DNA of 64,000 nucleotides from Alphaproteobacteria bacterium (GTDB lineage: Bacteria; Pseudomonadota; Alphaproteobacteria; GCA-2746255): assembly GCA_965249135.1 (NCBI GenBank), contig OZ252220.1, positions 608,001 to 672,000 of the forward strand, written 5' to 3'. The stretch's first letter is position 1. Each line of letters begins with the position of its first letter. The translations under genes were made by a program, and so were the position numbers. Below the pieces are notes generated by a model. It was not told where the DNA came from. It saw only the letters and a list, made by a program, of their open reading frames with translations, and ran no database searches. Below, piece by piece: positions 10,525 through 21,125 of the stretch.

Positions 10525-12993
10525 TTAATATAGGCCGCCGGTGCCGTCCGTGGGAACGGTCGGTGCGGTAACGCCGGTGCTGCCATCGAGAACGGGCCCG
10601 CGTCCCTTCGGCTCCGTGCCGGGCTTGAAGGCTTCCAGGATCACCTTGCGGTCGCCGGGGCGCGCCGGCAGACCGGTCTGGGCGTTCACCCGAACGAGTT
10701 GAATGCCGGGCGGGATTCGGAACGGCACGGCCGGCTTGCCGCGCAAGGTTTCCGTCATGAAATCCCGGAAGATGGGAGCGGCGACCCTGGAGCCGGCTTC
10801 CTTGGGGCCCAAGGACCGTGGCACGTCGAAGCCCACGAAAACACCGACGACGAGGTCCGGCGAGAATCCGACGAACCAGGTGTCTATGTGCTCATTCGTC
10901 GTGCCGGTCTTGCCGCCAAGGGGCTTGCGGATGGGGCGCGCGATCCGACCGGTGCCGCGCTGGATGACGCCCTCCAGCATGGAGACGATTTGATAGGCCG
11001 AGCCTGCGTCCGCCAACCGTTCGCTCAACTCCGGTAGCTCCGGCACCTCCGTAAGGGAGGGCGCGCCGTTCGCTTCCGCCTCCAGCGTGTCCGCCGCATC
11101 CAGCCAGCTGGTCACCGCACAAGCCTCACATTTACGAGGGTCCTGCCGAAAAATGGTTTGCCCATGACGGTCCTGGATCCGATCGATGAAGGCCGGCTGA
11201 AGGCGCTTCCCCCCATTCACGAGCATCGCGTATCCGTTCGTAAGCCGGAGCAGCGTCGTTTCGCCCGCGCCCAGCGCCATCGAAAGGATGGGGGGCATGT
11301 CATCGACAATATCGAACCGCTTTGCAACCTCGACGACGGCATCCATGCCGATCGTCTGGGCAAGCCGCACCGTCATCAGATTGCGGGATTTCTCGATGCC
11401 GAGCCGCATCGTGCTGGGACCATAGAATTTCTCGCCGTAGTTCATCGGCTTCCATTTGCCGAGGCCGGGTCCCTGATCGATCACGAAGGGCGCGTCGAGG
11501 ACCAAGCTCGAAGGCGTGAAGCCGGCACCCAGCGCCGCCAGATAGACGAAGGGCTTGAAGGCGGAGCCTGGCTGACGTAGGGCCTGGGTCGCGCGGTTGA
11601 ACTCCGACTTTTCGAAATCGAAACCACCGGTCATGGCAAGCACGCGGCCCGTATGGGGGTCCATGGCGACCAACCCGCCCTCGACTTCCGGGATCTGGCG
11701 CAGGCCATAGGTGCCGGGTGGCGGGGTCGCGCCATCGACCGGGCGGCGATCGGCTTCCACCGCGACGATGTCGCCCACTTCAACGACGTCCCGAGGCGCC
11801 CGGACCTTTGGGCCCAGGTATTCGCCTTCCAGCCAGGGCCGCGCCCATCGCATCTTGCCAAGGGGGATCTTGCCAAGGCTACCATCCGCAAAGCCGATCC
11901 AGGCGGCGTCCGCCTCCAAATTCAGAACCATGGCAAGCCGCCAATCGCCAAGCCCGTCGGGCTCACGCACGGCGGCCAGCAACTGCGGCCAGGCCGACCC
12001 CGGATCGATCCACGCGATCGGCCCCCGCCAGCCGTGGCGGCGGTCGTAATTAATGAGGCCGGCGCGAAGCGTCCTTTCGGCGATTGCTTGAAGCTTCGGG
12101 TCCAGCGTCGTGCGAACGGAAAGCCCGCCGTGATAAAGCCCTTTCTCGCCATAGCTTTTCAAAAGCTCGCGGCGCACTTCCTCGACGAAGAAGTCGGCCT
12201 TCGCCAAATCGGCCGTCCCGCGCTTGCGGGCGACGACGAGCGGGGCCAGCTTCGCCGACTTTGCCGCCGAGGAACTGATGAGGCCTTGCGAGGCCATGCG
12301 GTCGATCACCCAGTTGCGCCGCGCCTTTGCCGCTTCGGACTTGTGAACAGGGTGGTAGTTGTTCGGGGCCTTCGGCAAGGCGGCAAGGTAGGCGGCTTCC
12401 TCGATCGAAAGCTCATCCAGCGATTTGTCATAGTAGTTCAGCGCCGCCGCTGCCACCCCGTAGGAGCCGAAACCGAGATAGATCTCGTTCAGGTAAAGCT
12501 CGAGGATGCGATCCTTCGAAAAGGCATGTTCGATCCGAAAGGCGAGGATCGCTTCCTTGATCTTGCGATCCAGGCTCAACTCATTCGTCAGCAGGAAATT
12601 CTTCGCCACCTGCTGGGTAATCGTGGAGGCGCCCTGCGGACGGCGGTTCTGACCAAGATGGGACAGGTTGTCGATGAAGGCGCGGATGACGCTCAAGACA
12701 TCGACGCCGGGATGGGCGTAGAAATTCTTATCCTCGGCGGCAAGAAACGCCTTGATGATGCGTTTGGGGATCGCCTTGACCGGAATGAAAACACGCTTTT
12801 CGACGGCGTATTCGGCAAGCAGTCGCCCATCGCCTGCATAAAACCGCGTCACGGTCGGCGGCTCGTAATCGGCAAGCTGCTGATAGTCCGGAAGTCCCCT
12901 TCCGAAATAGAAGAAGACTCCAAGCGCCGCGGCGAAGCCCAGAAAGGCGACAAACGCGACGATAACAAGCAGGTTAAAGACCGTACGCAGCAT
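10525..12993 (-). CDS. mrcA: penicillin-binding protein 1A
   Basis: Transglycosylase EDKNF/GASTITQQ/RKIKE; transpeptidase SAFK, SRN, KTG. Confidence 0.96.
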   Translation of the reverse strand: MLRTVFNLLVIVAFVAFLGFAAALGVFFYFGRGLPDYQQLADYEPPTVTRFYAGDGRLLAEYAVEKRVFIPVKAIPKRIIKAFLAAEDKNFYAHPGVDVLSVIRAFIDNLSHLGQNRRPQGASTITQQVAKNFLLTNELSLDRKIKEAILAFRIEHAFSKDRILELYLNEIYLGFGSYGVAAAALNYYDKSLDELSIEEAAYLAALPKAPNNYHPVHKSEAAKARRNWVIDRMASQGLISSSAAKSAKLAPLVVARKRGTADLAKADFFVEEVRRELLKSYGEKGLYHGGLSVRTTLDPKLQAIAERTLRAGLINYDRRHGWRGPIAWIDPGSAWPQLLAAVREPDGLGDWRLAMVLNLEADAAWIGFADGSLGKIPLGKMRWARPWLEGEYLGPKVRAPRDVVEVGDIVAVEADRRPVDGATPPPGTYGLRQIPEVEGGLVAMDPHTGRVLAMTGGFDFEKSEFNRATQALRQPGSAFKPFVYLAALGAGFTPSSLVLDAPFVIDQGPGLGKWKPMNYGEKFYGPSTMRLGIEKSRNLMTVRLAQTIGMDAVVEVAKRFDIVDDMPPILSMALGAGETTLLRLTNGYAMLVNGGKRLQPAFIDRIQDRHGQTIFRQDPRKCEACAVTSWLDAADTLEAEANGAPSLTEVPELPELSERLADAGSAYQIVSMLEGVIQRGTGRIARPIRKPLGGKTGTTNEHIDTWFVGFSPDLVVGVFVGFDVPRSLGPKEAGSRVAAPIFRDFMTETLRGKPAVPFRIPPGIQLVRVNAQTGLPARPGDRKVILEAFKPGTEPKGRGPVLDGSTGVTAPTVPTDGTGGLY

Positions 12994-13046
12994 CACACAC
13001 CGATTGCAAAGTCATGCAGTGGAGATTGGGATCAAGGACCCCGCCT

Positions 13047-14234
13047 CTAAAGATCCCGGCCGTCGAAGTACTGATCCGTCGCCTTCACGATCGCCCCCGC
13101 CAAGCGGGAGCGATGGGCCTTGTCCCGCAGAAGCTTTTCTTCATTACGGTTCGAAAGATAGCCCATTTCCACCAGGATGGAGGGGACATCCGGCGCCATC
13201 AGAACCGCAAACCCGGCCGATCGGCGCGTATTCCGCACCAGGCGCGTGACCTTGCCCATCTCCTTGATCAGTAAATTGGCGAAATTCAGCGACGAATTCA
13301 ATGAATCGCGTTGGGCGATGTCGATCAGGATGTTGGTGAGCACGGGGTCGGCGTCCGAAAAATCCAGGCCGGCGATGATATCCGCCTTGTTTTCCTTGGC
13401 GGCAAGGGCCGCCGCCTCCTTATCGGAGGCCTTCTCGGAGAGCGTATAGATGGAGGCCCCACGGGTCTTGCGATTGCGGTGCGAATCCGCATGCAGCGAG
13501 ATGAAGAGGTTGGCCCCGGCCTGGCGGGCCATCGCCACCCGCGAGCGCAATGGGATGAAGATGTCCCGGTTCCGGGTAAGCAGGGCGCGATAGTAGCCGC
13601 TCGCCTCCAGCTTTTGCTTCAGTTTCCTGGCGACATCCAGGGTGACCTGTTTTTCGAGCAGGCCGGAACGGCTGAGCGCGCCCGGATCGACGCCGCCATG
13701 GCCGGGATCGATGACGATGAGCGGCTTCGTTCCATTTTTCGGGGCGGGTGGCGGCACCGGTGAGGCGGCTAAAGCTGCCTTCGGCCGCGTGGCTTTGTCG
13801 CGGGAACGCTTGAAGGCCTTCCAGCTTACTGCCTCCAGGTCGAGGACGAAGCGATAGCGATGCTGGCCGATCGGATTGAGTAAAAAGGCCTTCTTCACGG
13901 CGACGGGCTGACCGGCGTCAAGGACGATGCGGGACGTGCCTGCCGTAAATAAGCCGTAGCGAAACCCCTGGATCAGCCCCTTGCCTGCCTCGAGGGCATT
14001 CGGCGGAATCCGCCATGCCACTTCCGGAAAGTCGACGACGATCCGGTAGGGGTTGGCCAGCGTGAAAATCTGGAATTCGACGCGTTCCGAAAAATCAAGC
14101 ACGAAGCGGGTCATCGCGAGGTGTTCGCCGGCCCGCACCCCCAGCACGCTCGGTTCCGCCGCCACCGCGCCTGGCCACCACGACCCGACCAGCAAGATCA
14201 GAAAAGCGATGCGTCGCATCTGTAATCTCGCCAT
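13047..14234 (-). CDS. amiC: N-acetylmuramoyl-L-alanine amidase (AMIN + Amidase_3)
   Basis: Signal peptide, AMIN domain (YRIVVDF), IDPGHGGVDPG, SLHAD, LVEMGYLSN; start inferred. Confidence 0.93.
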   Translation of the reverse strand: MARLQMRRIAFLILLVGSWWPGAVAAEPSVLGVRAGEHLAMTRFVLDFSERVEFQIFTLANPYRIVVDFPEVAWRIPPNALEAGKGLIQGFRYGLFTAGTSRIVLDAGQPVAVKKAFLLNPIGQHRYRFVLDLEAVSWKAFKRSRDKATRPKAALAASPVPPPAPKNGTKPLIVIDPGHGGVDPGALSRSGLLEKQVTLDVARKLKQKLEASGYYRALLTRNRDIFIPLRSRVAMARQAGANLFISLHADSHRNRKTRGASIYTLSEKASDKEAAALAAKENKADIIAGLDFSDADPVLTNILIDIAQRDSLNSSLNFANLLIKEMGKVTRLVRNTRRSAGFAVLMAPDVPSILVEMGYLSNRNEEKLLRDKAHRSRLAGAIVKATDQYFDGRDL

Positions 14235-14706
14235 ATCTAGAGTTCGAGAACGCAATTCCATACCATATATCGAAACGCCATCGAAATTTCCCTCGAAGAA
14301 AGCGCCCTCGCGGCAAGGAGGAAAGCTGAAAAAACTAATATATTTCAACAAATTACACAAATCCTTTGGCGAATGCCTGGCGGGCGGCGTATGTTGCCAA
14401 TTGCGATTGTCGCAAGCCGTCTGTCCCGATTCGTCGTGGCAGGGGCGCGGTTCCCGATTTCCGGCCAGGAACATTCCATCAATCCCCCTGGCAATCGGTC
14501 AACGGCGTCAAGGACTTGCGATGAAATATTGAACCTAGAAGTCGGCAAGCCCTCCATGGGTTGGCCGCTGAACGCGATCCCCGTCCTGACCCGAGTGGTT
14601 GGTGTTCGACGGGTTAAGAACGCAAGGCGCCGCCGATTTCGTAGATTTGCCGCCCCGGACTTTCGCTATCGCACGAAGGACCGGGCCGGCACGGAGTTTT
14701 TGCCGA

Positions 14707-16866
14707 ATGGCAAGACGCATGCTGATCGGAGCGACACATCCGGAGGAAACCCGCGTCGTCATCCTCGATGGAAATCGAATTGAAGAATTCGATTTCGAAA
14801 CCTCCACCAAGAAACAGCTCAAGGGAAACATTTACCTCGCCAAGGTGACGCGCGTTGAGCCGTCCCTGCAGGCGGCGTTTGTCGATTACGGCAGCGGGCG
14901 ACACGGCTTCCTGGCCTTCAGCGAAATCCACCCGGATTACTACCAGCTCCCGATCGCCGACCGCCGCGCCATCCTCAAGGAGGAGGCCGCGATTCTCGAA
15001 TCGGAAGGCGCCGAGGCAAGCGCCGAGACGCTCCCCGACGAGCCGGGCGAACCGGCGACGGAGCCGGAAAAGAAAACGAAGAAGTCGAAGGATAAGGCCG
15101 CCCCTTCCGACAACCAGGAAGAGCACGTCGAAACCGTCGGCGGCGATGAGATTGAGGAAGCGGCGCGCCGCCGCCGCCCTGCCCGCAGCTACAAGATTCA
15201 AGAGGTGATCAAGCGGCGGCAAATCCTGCTCGTTCAGGTCGTGAAGGAAGAGCGAGGGAACAAGGGGGCGGCGCTGACGACCTATATTTCGCTTGCCGGG
15301 CGCTACTGCGTGCTGATGCCGAACACGGCCCGCGGCGGCGGCATCTCCCGCAAGATCACCAGCCAGACCGACCGCAAGCGGCTGCGCGACATCCTGAAGG
15401 GTCTTTCCATCCCGGCCGGGATGGGCGTCATCCTGCGGACGGCGGGGATCGAGCGAACGAAGGCGGAAATCCGGCGCGATTCCGAATATTTGCTGCGTCT
15501 TTGGAACACGGTTCGGGAATTGACGCTGAAATCGACGGCACCGGCCCTCGTCTATGAGGAAGCGAATCTGATCAAACGCTCCATTCGCGACCTCTATCGC
15601 AAGGACATCGAGGAAATCCTCGTCGATGGGGAGGAAGGGTATCGGCTGGCCAAGGACTTCATGCGCACGCTTGCGTCTTCCCATGCAAAGCATGTGCAGC
15701 GCTACAAGGATCCGAACATTCCGCTTTTCCAGCGCTACCAGATCGAGGCGCAACTGGACGAGATTCATAGCCCGCGCATCGAACTGAAGTCCGGCGGCTA
15801 CGTCATCATCAATCCGACGGAAGCGCTCGTTTCCATCGATGTGAACTCCGGCAAGGCAACAAAGGAGCGGAACATCGAAGAAACCGCCGTGAAGACGAAT
15901 ATGGAAGCGGCGGCGGAAACCGCCCGCCAACTGCGTCTTCGGGATCTCGGCGGTCTCATCGTCATCGACTTCATCGACATGGAGGAAGGCAAACACCGCC
16001 GCCAGATCGAGCGCTGCCTGAAAGAGGGCATGAAGACGGATCGCGCGCGGATTCGCCTCGGCAAGATCAGCGCCTTCGGGCTGCTGGAAATGTCGCGCCA
16101 ACGGCTGCGGCCGAGCCTGATCGAGGCAAGCTCCGAATCCTGCCCCCATTGCACCGGCACCGGCATCGTCCGTTCGACGGAATCGACCGCCCTTCACGTC
16201 CTTCGCGCCATCGAAGAGGAAGGCGCGCGCAAACGAAGCGCGGAGATCAACGTCGTCGTGCCGACGGAGGTGGCGCTTTATCTTCTGAACCAAAAACGCG
16301 AGACGCTGGTGGAACTGGAGACACGCTTTGGCTCCCGTGTCCTCATCTCCCGTGACGACGCCCTGATCCCGCCGGACTTCCGGATGGAGCGCGAAAAAAC
16401 GCAGGCCCGTGAAAAGGCAGGGAGCGCATCCGGCACGGCGGAAACCGAGAAGAACGGCCGCCGGCCACGGCGCCGTCGGAAGACAGAAGAACGCAAGCCG
16501 GAAGAAAGAAAGGCGGAAGAAGAAACCGCCGAGACGCAGGCGGAAGCGGTGAAAACCACCGCGGAAAAAGAAGACGAGCAGCCCCGCAAGCGTCGCCGCC
16601 GCGGCCGCAGGGGCGGTCGCCGGCATGCCTGCACGAAGGCGGCGAGAGAAGAAAACGAAGCGCCCGCAGAAAGTGCCGTCGCCAGCGAGGAGAAAACCAA
16701 GGCAACGGAGAAGAAGCCCCGGCGCCGTCGCCGGACGCCCCGCAGGAAGGCGGCAGTGGAAACGACACCCGCCACTTCCGAATCCGTGGAGACATCCCCC
16801 GCCCAGGCCCGTGCATCGGCTGCAGACGAAACCCCGATCAAAGCCGAGGCCCCGGCCAACGACTGA
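14707..16866 (+). CDS. rne: ribonuclease E
   Basis: GNIYLAKVTRVEPSLQAAFVDYG, IDVNSG, DFIDM, CPHC Zn link, Arg-rich disordered C-terminal tail. Confidence 0.96.
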   Translation: MARRMLIGATHPEETRVVILDGNRIEEFDFETSTKKQLKGNIYLAKVTRVEPSLQAAFVDYGSGRHGFLAFSEIHPDYYQLPIADRRAILKEEAAILESEGAEASAETLPDEPGEPATEPEKKTKKSKDKAAPSDNQEEHVETVGGDEIEEAARRRRPARSYKIQEVIKRRQILLVQVVKEERGNKGAALTTYISLAGRYCVLMPNTARGGGISRKITSQTDRKRLRDILKGLSIPAGMGVILRTAGIERTKAEIRRDSEYLLRLWNTVRELTLKSTAPALVYEEANLIKRSIRDLYRKDIEEILVDGEEGYRLAKDFMRTLASSHAKHVQRYKDPNIPLFQRYQIEAQLDEIHSPRIELKSGGYVIINPTEALVSIDVNSGKATKERNIEETAVKTNMEAAAETARQLRLRDLGGLIVIDFIDMEEGKHRRQIERCLKEGMKTDRARIRLGKISAFGLLEMSRQRLRPSLIEASSESCPHCTGTGIVRSTESTALHVLRAIEEEGARKRSAEINVVVPTEVALYLLNQKRETLVELETRFGSRVLISRDDALIPPDFRMEREKTQAREKAGSASGTAETEKNGRRPRRRRKTEERKPEERKAEEETAETQAEAVKTTAEKEDEQPRKRRRRGRRGGRRHACTKAAREENEAPAESAVASEEKTKATEKKPRRRRRTPRRKAAVETTPATSESVETSPAQARASAADETPIKAEAPAND

Positions 16867-18015
16867 TCAGGGCCGCCAGTCCTTCAGGCGGCGGGCGGCT
16901 TTGGCAATCGTCTCGTGGGAGCCGGCGAAGGAAAAGCGGACATACCGATTGCCCTCGACGGGATCGAAGTCGATCCCGGGCGTCGCCGCAACCCCGGTCT
17001 CCTCCAGCATGCGGCGACAGAAACGTTCGCTGTCATCCGAAAATTTCGAGACGTCCGCATAAAGATAGAACGCACCATCCGCAGGTGCCAGCTTGTCGAA
17101 GCCCGCTTTCGGAAGCTCCTCCAGAAGCAGGTTGCGGTTCTTCGCATAGGCGGCGACGTAGGCGTCCAGCTCGTCCATGCAATCGAAGACACGAATCGCG
17201 CCATGCTGTGACAGGGTCGGCGGCGAAATGAAAATGTTCTGGGCCAGGCATTCGATCGAGCGCAGGAGCGATTCCGGCACTGCCATCCAGCCGACACGCC
17301 ATCCCGTCATCGAAAAATATTTCGAAAAACTGTTCACGACGATCGCTTCCGGATCGAAGGCAAGGGCGGTTGCGGCGGCTTCGCCGTAACTGATTCCGTG
17401 ATAGATCTCGTCCGACAGGAGGCGGATGCCGCTGCCCTTGCAGTAGGCCGCCAGCCGTTCAAGTTCGTCGCTTCTCAGCATCGTTCCGGTCGGATTCGAA
17501 GGGCTGGCGACGATCAGCCCATCGAGGCCGTCGCCATGGGGCTCAAGAAGTTCGACGGTCGGCTGAAAGCGGCTTTCCAGAGACGTCCGGATCGGCACCG
17601 GCTCGAGATCCAGCGCGACAAGGATGTTGCGATAAGCCGGATAGCTGGGCTCCATGATGCCGACCCGATCCCCAGGCTCGAACGCGCTCAAAAACGCCAA
17701 CAGAAACCCACCGGAGGCCCCCATCGTCACGACGATGCGCGATGGTGCCACGTCGAGGCCGTAGCGCACGCCGTAATAGGCCGCGATCCGCTCACGAAGG
17801 TGAGGCAGTCCAAGCGCTTCGGTATAGCCGAGCGGCTCGGAAACCAACGCCGCCTTCGCCGCCTCGATCACCGGCGTGGGCGCGCCGGTATCCGGTTGGC
17901 CGACTTCCAGATGCAGGACGTCTTCGCCGGCTGCCTCCCGTTCGTTCGCGGCGCGCAGCACATCCATCACGATGAAGGGCGGAATGGCGCCCCGTTTGGC
18001 GACCTTTAAGACCAC
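16867..18015 (-). CDS. class I/II PLP-dependent aminotransferase
   Basis: SPSNPTG, SDEIYH, NSFSKYFSMTGWRVG; conserved neighbour of rne; start GTG inferred. Confidence 0.92.
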   Translation of the reverse strand: MVLKVAKRGAIPPFIVMDVLRAANEREAAGEDVLHLEVGQPDTGAPTPVIEAAKAALVSEPLGYTEALGLPHLRERIAAYYGVRYGLDVAPSRIVVTMGASGGFLLAFLSAFEPGDRVGIMEPSYPAYRNILVALDLEPVPIRTSLESRFQPTVELLEPHGDGLDGLIVASPSNPTGTMLRSDELERLAAYCKGSGIRLLSDEIYHGISYGEAAATALAFDPEAIVVNSFSKYFSMTGWRVGWMAVPESLLRSIECLAQNIFISPPTLSQHGAIRVFDCMDELDAYVAAYAKNRNLLLEELPKAGFDKLAPADGAFYLYADVSKFSDDSERFCRRMLEETGVAATPGIDFDPVEGNRYVRFSFAGSHETIAKAARRLKDWRP

Positions 18016-18025
18016 GTTTCGACCT

Positions 18026-19795
18026 TTATTCCTTGGTCCGCAGACCGAAGCCAAAGCCACGCGGTTCGTTCTCGACCTCGCAGTTTTCCGGGCCCAGCCG
18101 AACGCCCTCGGCGCAGGAAATCGCGTTCACGTGACCGAGTGTTTCGATTGCCACTACCCGCTGTTCCCGCTCCAGCAGGCCACCGACCTGCACGCTGCCG
18201 ATCTTCTCCTCGACGGTAACGACGTCGGGAAGGCCGCCATGATGGACGCGCGGCGCCGCCAGGGCGTCGCTGAGATGTTGGCCGCCAAGCAATACCTCGG
18301 CCGCCACTTCGACGAGGGCGGAAACGGAATCGACGCCACCGGAAGGCGCGGCAAGAAAGACCGGTTCGGTGCGAATGTAGGCCGGTGCGCTTCCTTCCGC
18401 GTAATCCAGCGGATCCGCTCCCAGGGTTTCCAATAGCCAATCTTGCCTTTCATCTTCCGGAAGGCGTGTTTTTCCGATGTCGCGCATCACCAAAACCGGG
18501 GCAAGGGCAACGTCATGGCTGTTTTCGGTCGGCGCGGCGAAAAAGACGCCGGTGCCAGGGACGATCGCGGCCGTGCCAAAGGAACGATTCATCGTGTGGG
18601 AACAAACGACGGCAAGGCCCTTGCGATCGACGATCGCATAGCTTGTCGTTGCCCGATTGTCCGGGAAGGCAATCGGCGCAAAGGGAAGCCGTTCGACCGG
18701 CAAATGCCTTTGTGGATCAAAATCGTCCATCCAACCTTCCCGGCTGCCCTTCGTATTCGCGCCGGCAAAGGACCGCATGGCGATTTCGGCAAGCAAATGC
18801 GGCTTCTCTTCCGCCGAAGCCGCCGCATACCGATTTCCTTTCGTCAGCATTTCCCACATCCGAACGACGATGCGCCCGCCCGTGCTTCCAGCCGTATAGA
18901 GCGTTTCCTCGCCGTAGCCGACAGTAAGAGGCGGTCGCCATTTGGCGCGAAAGTCACCAAGTTGCGAATGGTCGACCAAACCACCCCGTGCGGCGGATGC
19001 GCTCGTCAGTTTCCTGGCAAGCGTGCCGCGATAGAAAGCGGTTGGGCCGAGTGTGCGGATATATTTAAGCGTGCTCGCAAGCTCGAACTGATGGAGCCGA
19101 TCGCCTTCGCCCAAAATCATTCCTTCGTAATTCGCAAGAAGGTGACGGGTCTCCATGTTGAGAAGCAGACGCCCGCTCTGCTCCTCCAGATCTTGCGCAA
19201 GCGCCTTGGAAATCCGGATCCCGTTTTTTGCGTATTCCTCCGCCGGCGCAACGAGATCGGCCCAGCTCTTGCCCCTGAACCGAAAATGAAGGGCTGCCAG
19301 CCCACCGACATTGCCGGGAACCAGACCGGCCTGGGAATCGTCGAGGCTGGAAAGTGGTTGCAGGAAGTCCAGGACGGCGACTTCCTGGTTTTCCCAGTCG
19401 TGAACAAGGCAGACGCCACCGCCACCGAGACTGGCCGCCGACGGATAGGTCACGGCAAGCGAGAAGTAGAGCGCAACGGCGGCATCGGCGGCCGTGCCAC
19501 CACCCGCAAGCACGTTCCTTGCCGCGAGCGTGGCAAGCGGCTCATCCGCGACGACGGCTCCGAAGAAGGTGTTATCGCCTCCAACCAAGATGCGCGGCGC
19601 CGCCACATCCCTCGACGTTTCCTTCGGTTTCTCGAATTGAGCCAGCCATTCCGGCGTCTGGCCGGTCCCGAATTCGCAGGCACCGAGCATCGTAAGCCCC
19701 AGAATCAGAAGGAGGATGCCATATTGACGCGGCCCATCCGCCCACCTACCTTGAGAATTGGGGGCTGGAGTTAGCCTATTGTTTTTTCGTTTCAT
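18026..19795 (-). CDS. gamma-glutamyltransferase-family lipoprotein
   Basis: GGTAADAAVA...SLGGGG, putative catalytic Thr in TTSYAIVD, APRVHH, lipobox LGAC; start uncertain. Confidence 0.8.
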   Translation of the reverse strand: MKRKNNRLTPAPNSQGRWADGPRQYGILLLILGLTMLGACEFGTGQTPEWLAQFEKPKETSRDVAAPRILVGGDNTFFGAVVADEPLATLAARNVLAGGGTAADAAVALYFSLAVTYPSAASLGGGGVCLVHDWENQEVAVLDFLQPLSSLDDSQAGLVPGNVGGLAALHFRFRGKSWADLVAPAEEYAKNGIRISKALAQDLEEQSGRLLLNMETRHLLANYEGMILGEGDRLHQFELASTLKYIRTLGPTAFYRGTLARKLTSASAARGGLVDHSQLGDFRAKWRPPLTVGYGEETLYTAGSTGGRIVVRMWEMLTKGNRYAAASAEEKPHLLAEIAMRSFAGANTKGSREGWMDDFDPQRHLPVERLPFAPIAFPDNRATTSYAIVDRKGLAVVCSHTMNRSFGTAAIVPGTGVFFAAPTENSHDVALAPVLVMRDIGKTRLPEDERQDWLLETLGADPLDYAEGSAPAYIRTEPVFLAAPSGGVDSVSALVEVAAEVLLGGQHLSDALAAPRVHHGGLPDVVTVEEKIGSVQVGGLLEREQRVVAIETLGHVNAISCAEGVRLGPENCEVENEPRGFGFGLRTKE

Positions 19796-21122
19796 CCGCT
19801 TCATTGCCGCGATTTTTTGCGTTGCCGGCCTATGGGCACAGGAGGCCCAGGCGCAGCGGCGCATTAGCCTTATCCGTGACGCCGAAATCGAAACTATCAT
19901 CCGCAATTGGGCTACGCCACTATTCGAAGCGGCGGAGCTGTATCCATCGGCCATCGGCATCCATCTGGTCGGCGATAAAAGCCTGAACGCATTCGTCGCC
20001 GGCGGCCAACACCTCTTTCTCAATACGGGACTCCTCACGCGGGCCGAAAACCCCGGCCAGGTGATCGGGGTCATCGCTCACGAAACCGGCCACATTTCGG
20101 GTGGCCATCTGACTCGCGGCCAAGAGGCGATGCAGCACGCTTCGACACAGATGATCCTCGCCGCCATCCTCGGCGTTGCCGTCGGCGTCGCAGGCGGTGG
20201 CGGAGACGCAACGATGGCTATCCTCGCCGGCGGAGGTGGGATCGCGACAAGCCAATTTCTGCATTTCAGCCGCGGCCAGGAAGCGTCCGCCGATCAGGCC
20301 GGCCTTTCCTATCTCGACGCAACGCACACCTCGGGGCGCGGGTTTCTCGAATTCCTGGAAATTCTTCAGCAACAAGACCTCCTGCGTTCGGACCGGCAGG
20401 ATGCGTATTTGCGAACCCACCCATTGACGCGCGATCGGGTTGAATTCGTCCGTCAGTACGTAAAGCAATCTCCAAACAGTGAGACACCACTCTCGCCGGA
20501 AATCACGCGCGATTTCCGCCGCATACAGGCGAAGCTCGTCGGCTTCATGGAACCTTTCCGGAATGTCATGAGGCTCTACCCGAGAGGCAATACCAGCCTG
20601 GATGCCCGCTACGCCCACGCCATCGCCTATTACCGGCGGGATGATCTTGAGCGCGCGTTGCCGCTTGTCGACGGCCTGATCAGGGAAGAGCCGGCCAATG
20701 CCTACTTCCACGAGCTACGCGGTCAGATGCTGTTCGAAAGCGGGCGCATCGTGGAATCGCTGCCGTCCTATAAAGAATCCGTTCGTTTGCAGCCGAAATC
20801 CGTCCTTTTGCGCGTGGGGCTTGCACGCGTGCAGCTTGAAACGGTGGACCCGGCGCAGAATCGTCCGGCCATGGAACATCTCCTTTACGCCGTTGGGCAG
20901 GAGCGGGACAATCCGCAAGTCTGGCACTTGCTTGCCATCGGGTACGGCCGCGAGCAATCCTATGGGATGAGTGCACTGGCCCTTGCCGAGCAGGCAATAA
21001 CCATCGGCGACAAAGAAACGGCCATCCAGCAGGCCCACCGTGCCCAAAAACTCTTGCCAAAAGGATCGTCCGGATGGGTCCGGGCCCAGGACATCAAGAT
21101 CATCACGAAGGGCCGACCATAG
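19779..21122 (+). CDS. M48 metalloprotease with TPR (BepA/YfgC-like)
   Basis: Signal peptide, LNAFV, HETGH zinc motif, EASAD, THP, TPR-like C-terminus. Confidence 0.92.
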   Translation: MFFRFIRFIAAIFCVAGLWAQEAQAQRRISLIRDAEIETIIRNWATPLFEAAELYPSAIGIHLVGDKSLNAFVAGGQHLFLNTGLLTRAENPGQVIGVIAHETGHISGGHLTRGQEAMQHASTQMILAAILGVAVGVAGGGGDATMAILAGGGGIATSQFLHFSRGQEASADQAGLSYLDATHTSGRGFLEFLEILQQQDLLRSDRQDAYLRTHPLTRDRVEFVRQYVKQSPNSETPLSPEITRDFRRIQAKLVGFMEPFRNVMRLYPRGNTSLDARYAHAIAYYRRDDLERALPLVDGLIREEPANAYFHELRGQMLFESGRIVESLPSYKESVRLQPKSVLLRVGLARVQLETVDPAQNRPAMEHLLYAVGQERDNPQVWHLLAIGYGREQSYGMSALALAEQAITIGDKETAIQQAHRAQKLLPKGSSGWVRAQDIKIITKGRP

Positions 21123-21125
21123 CGG

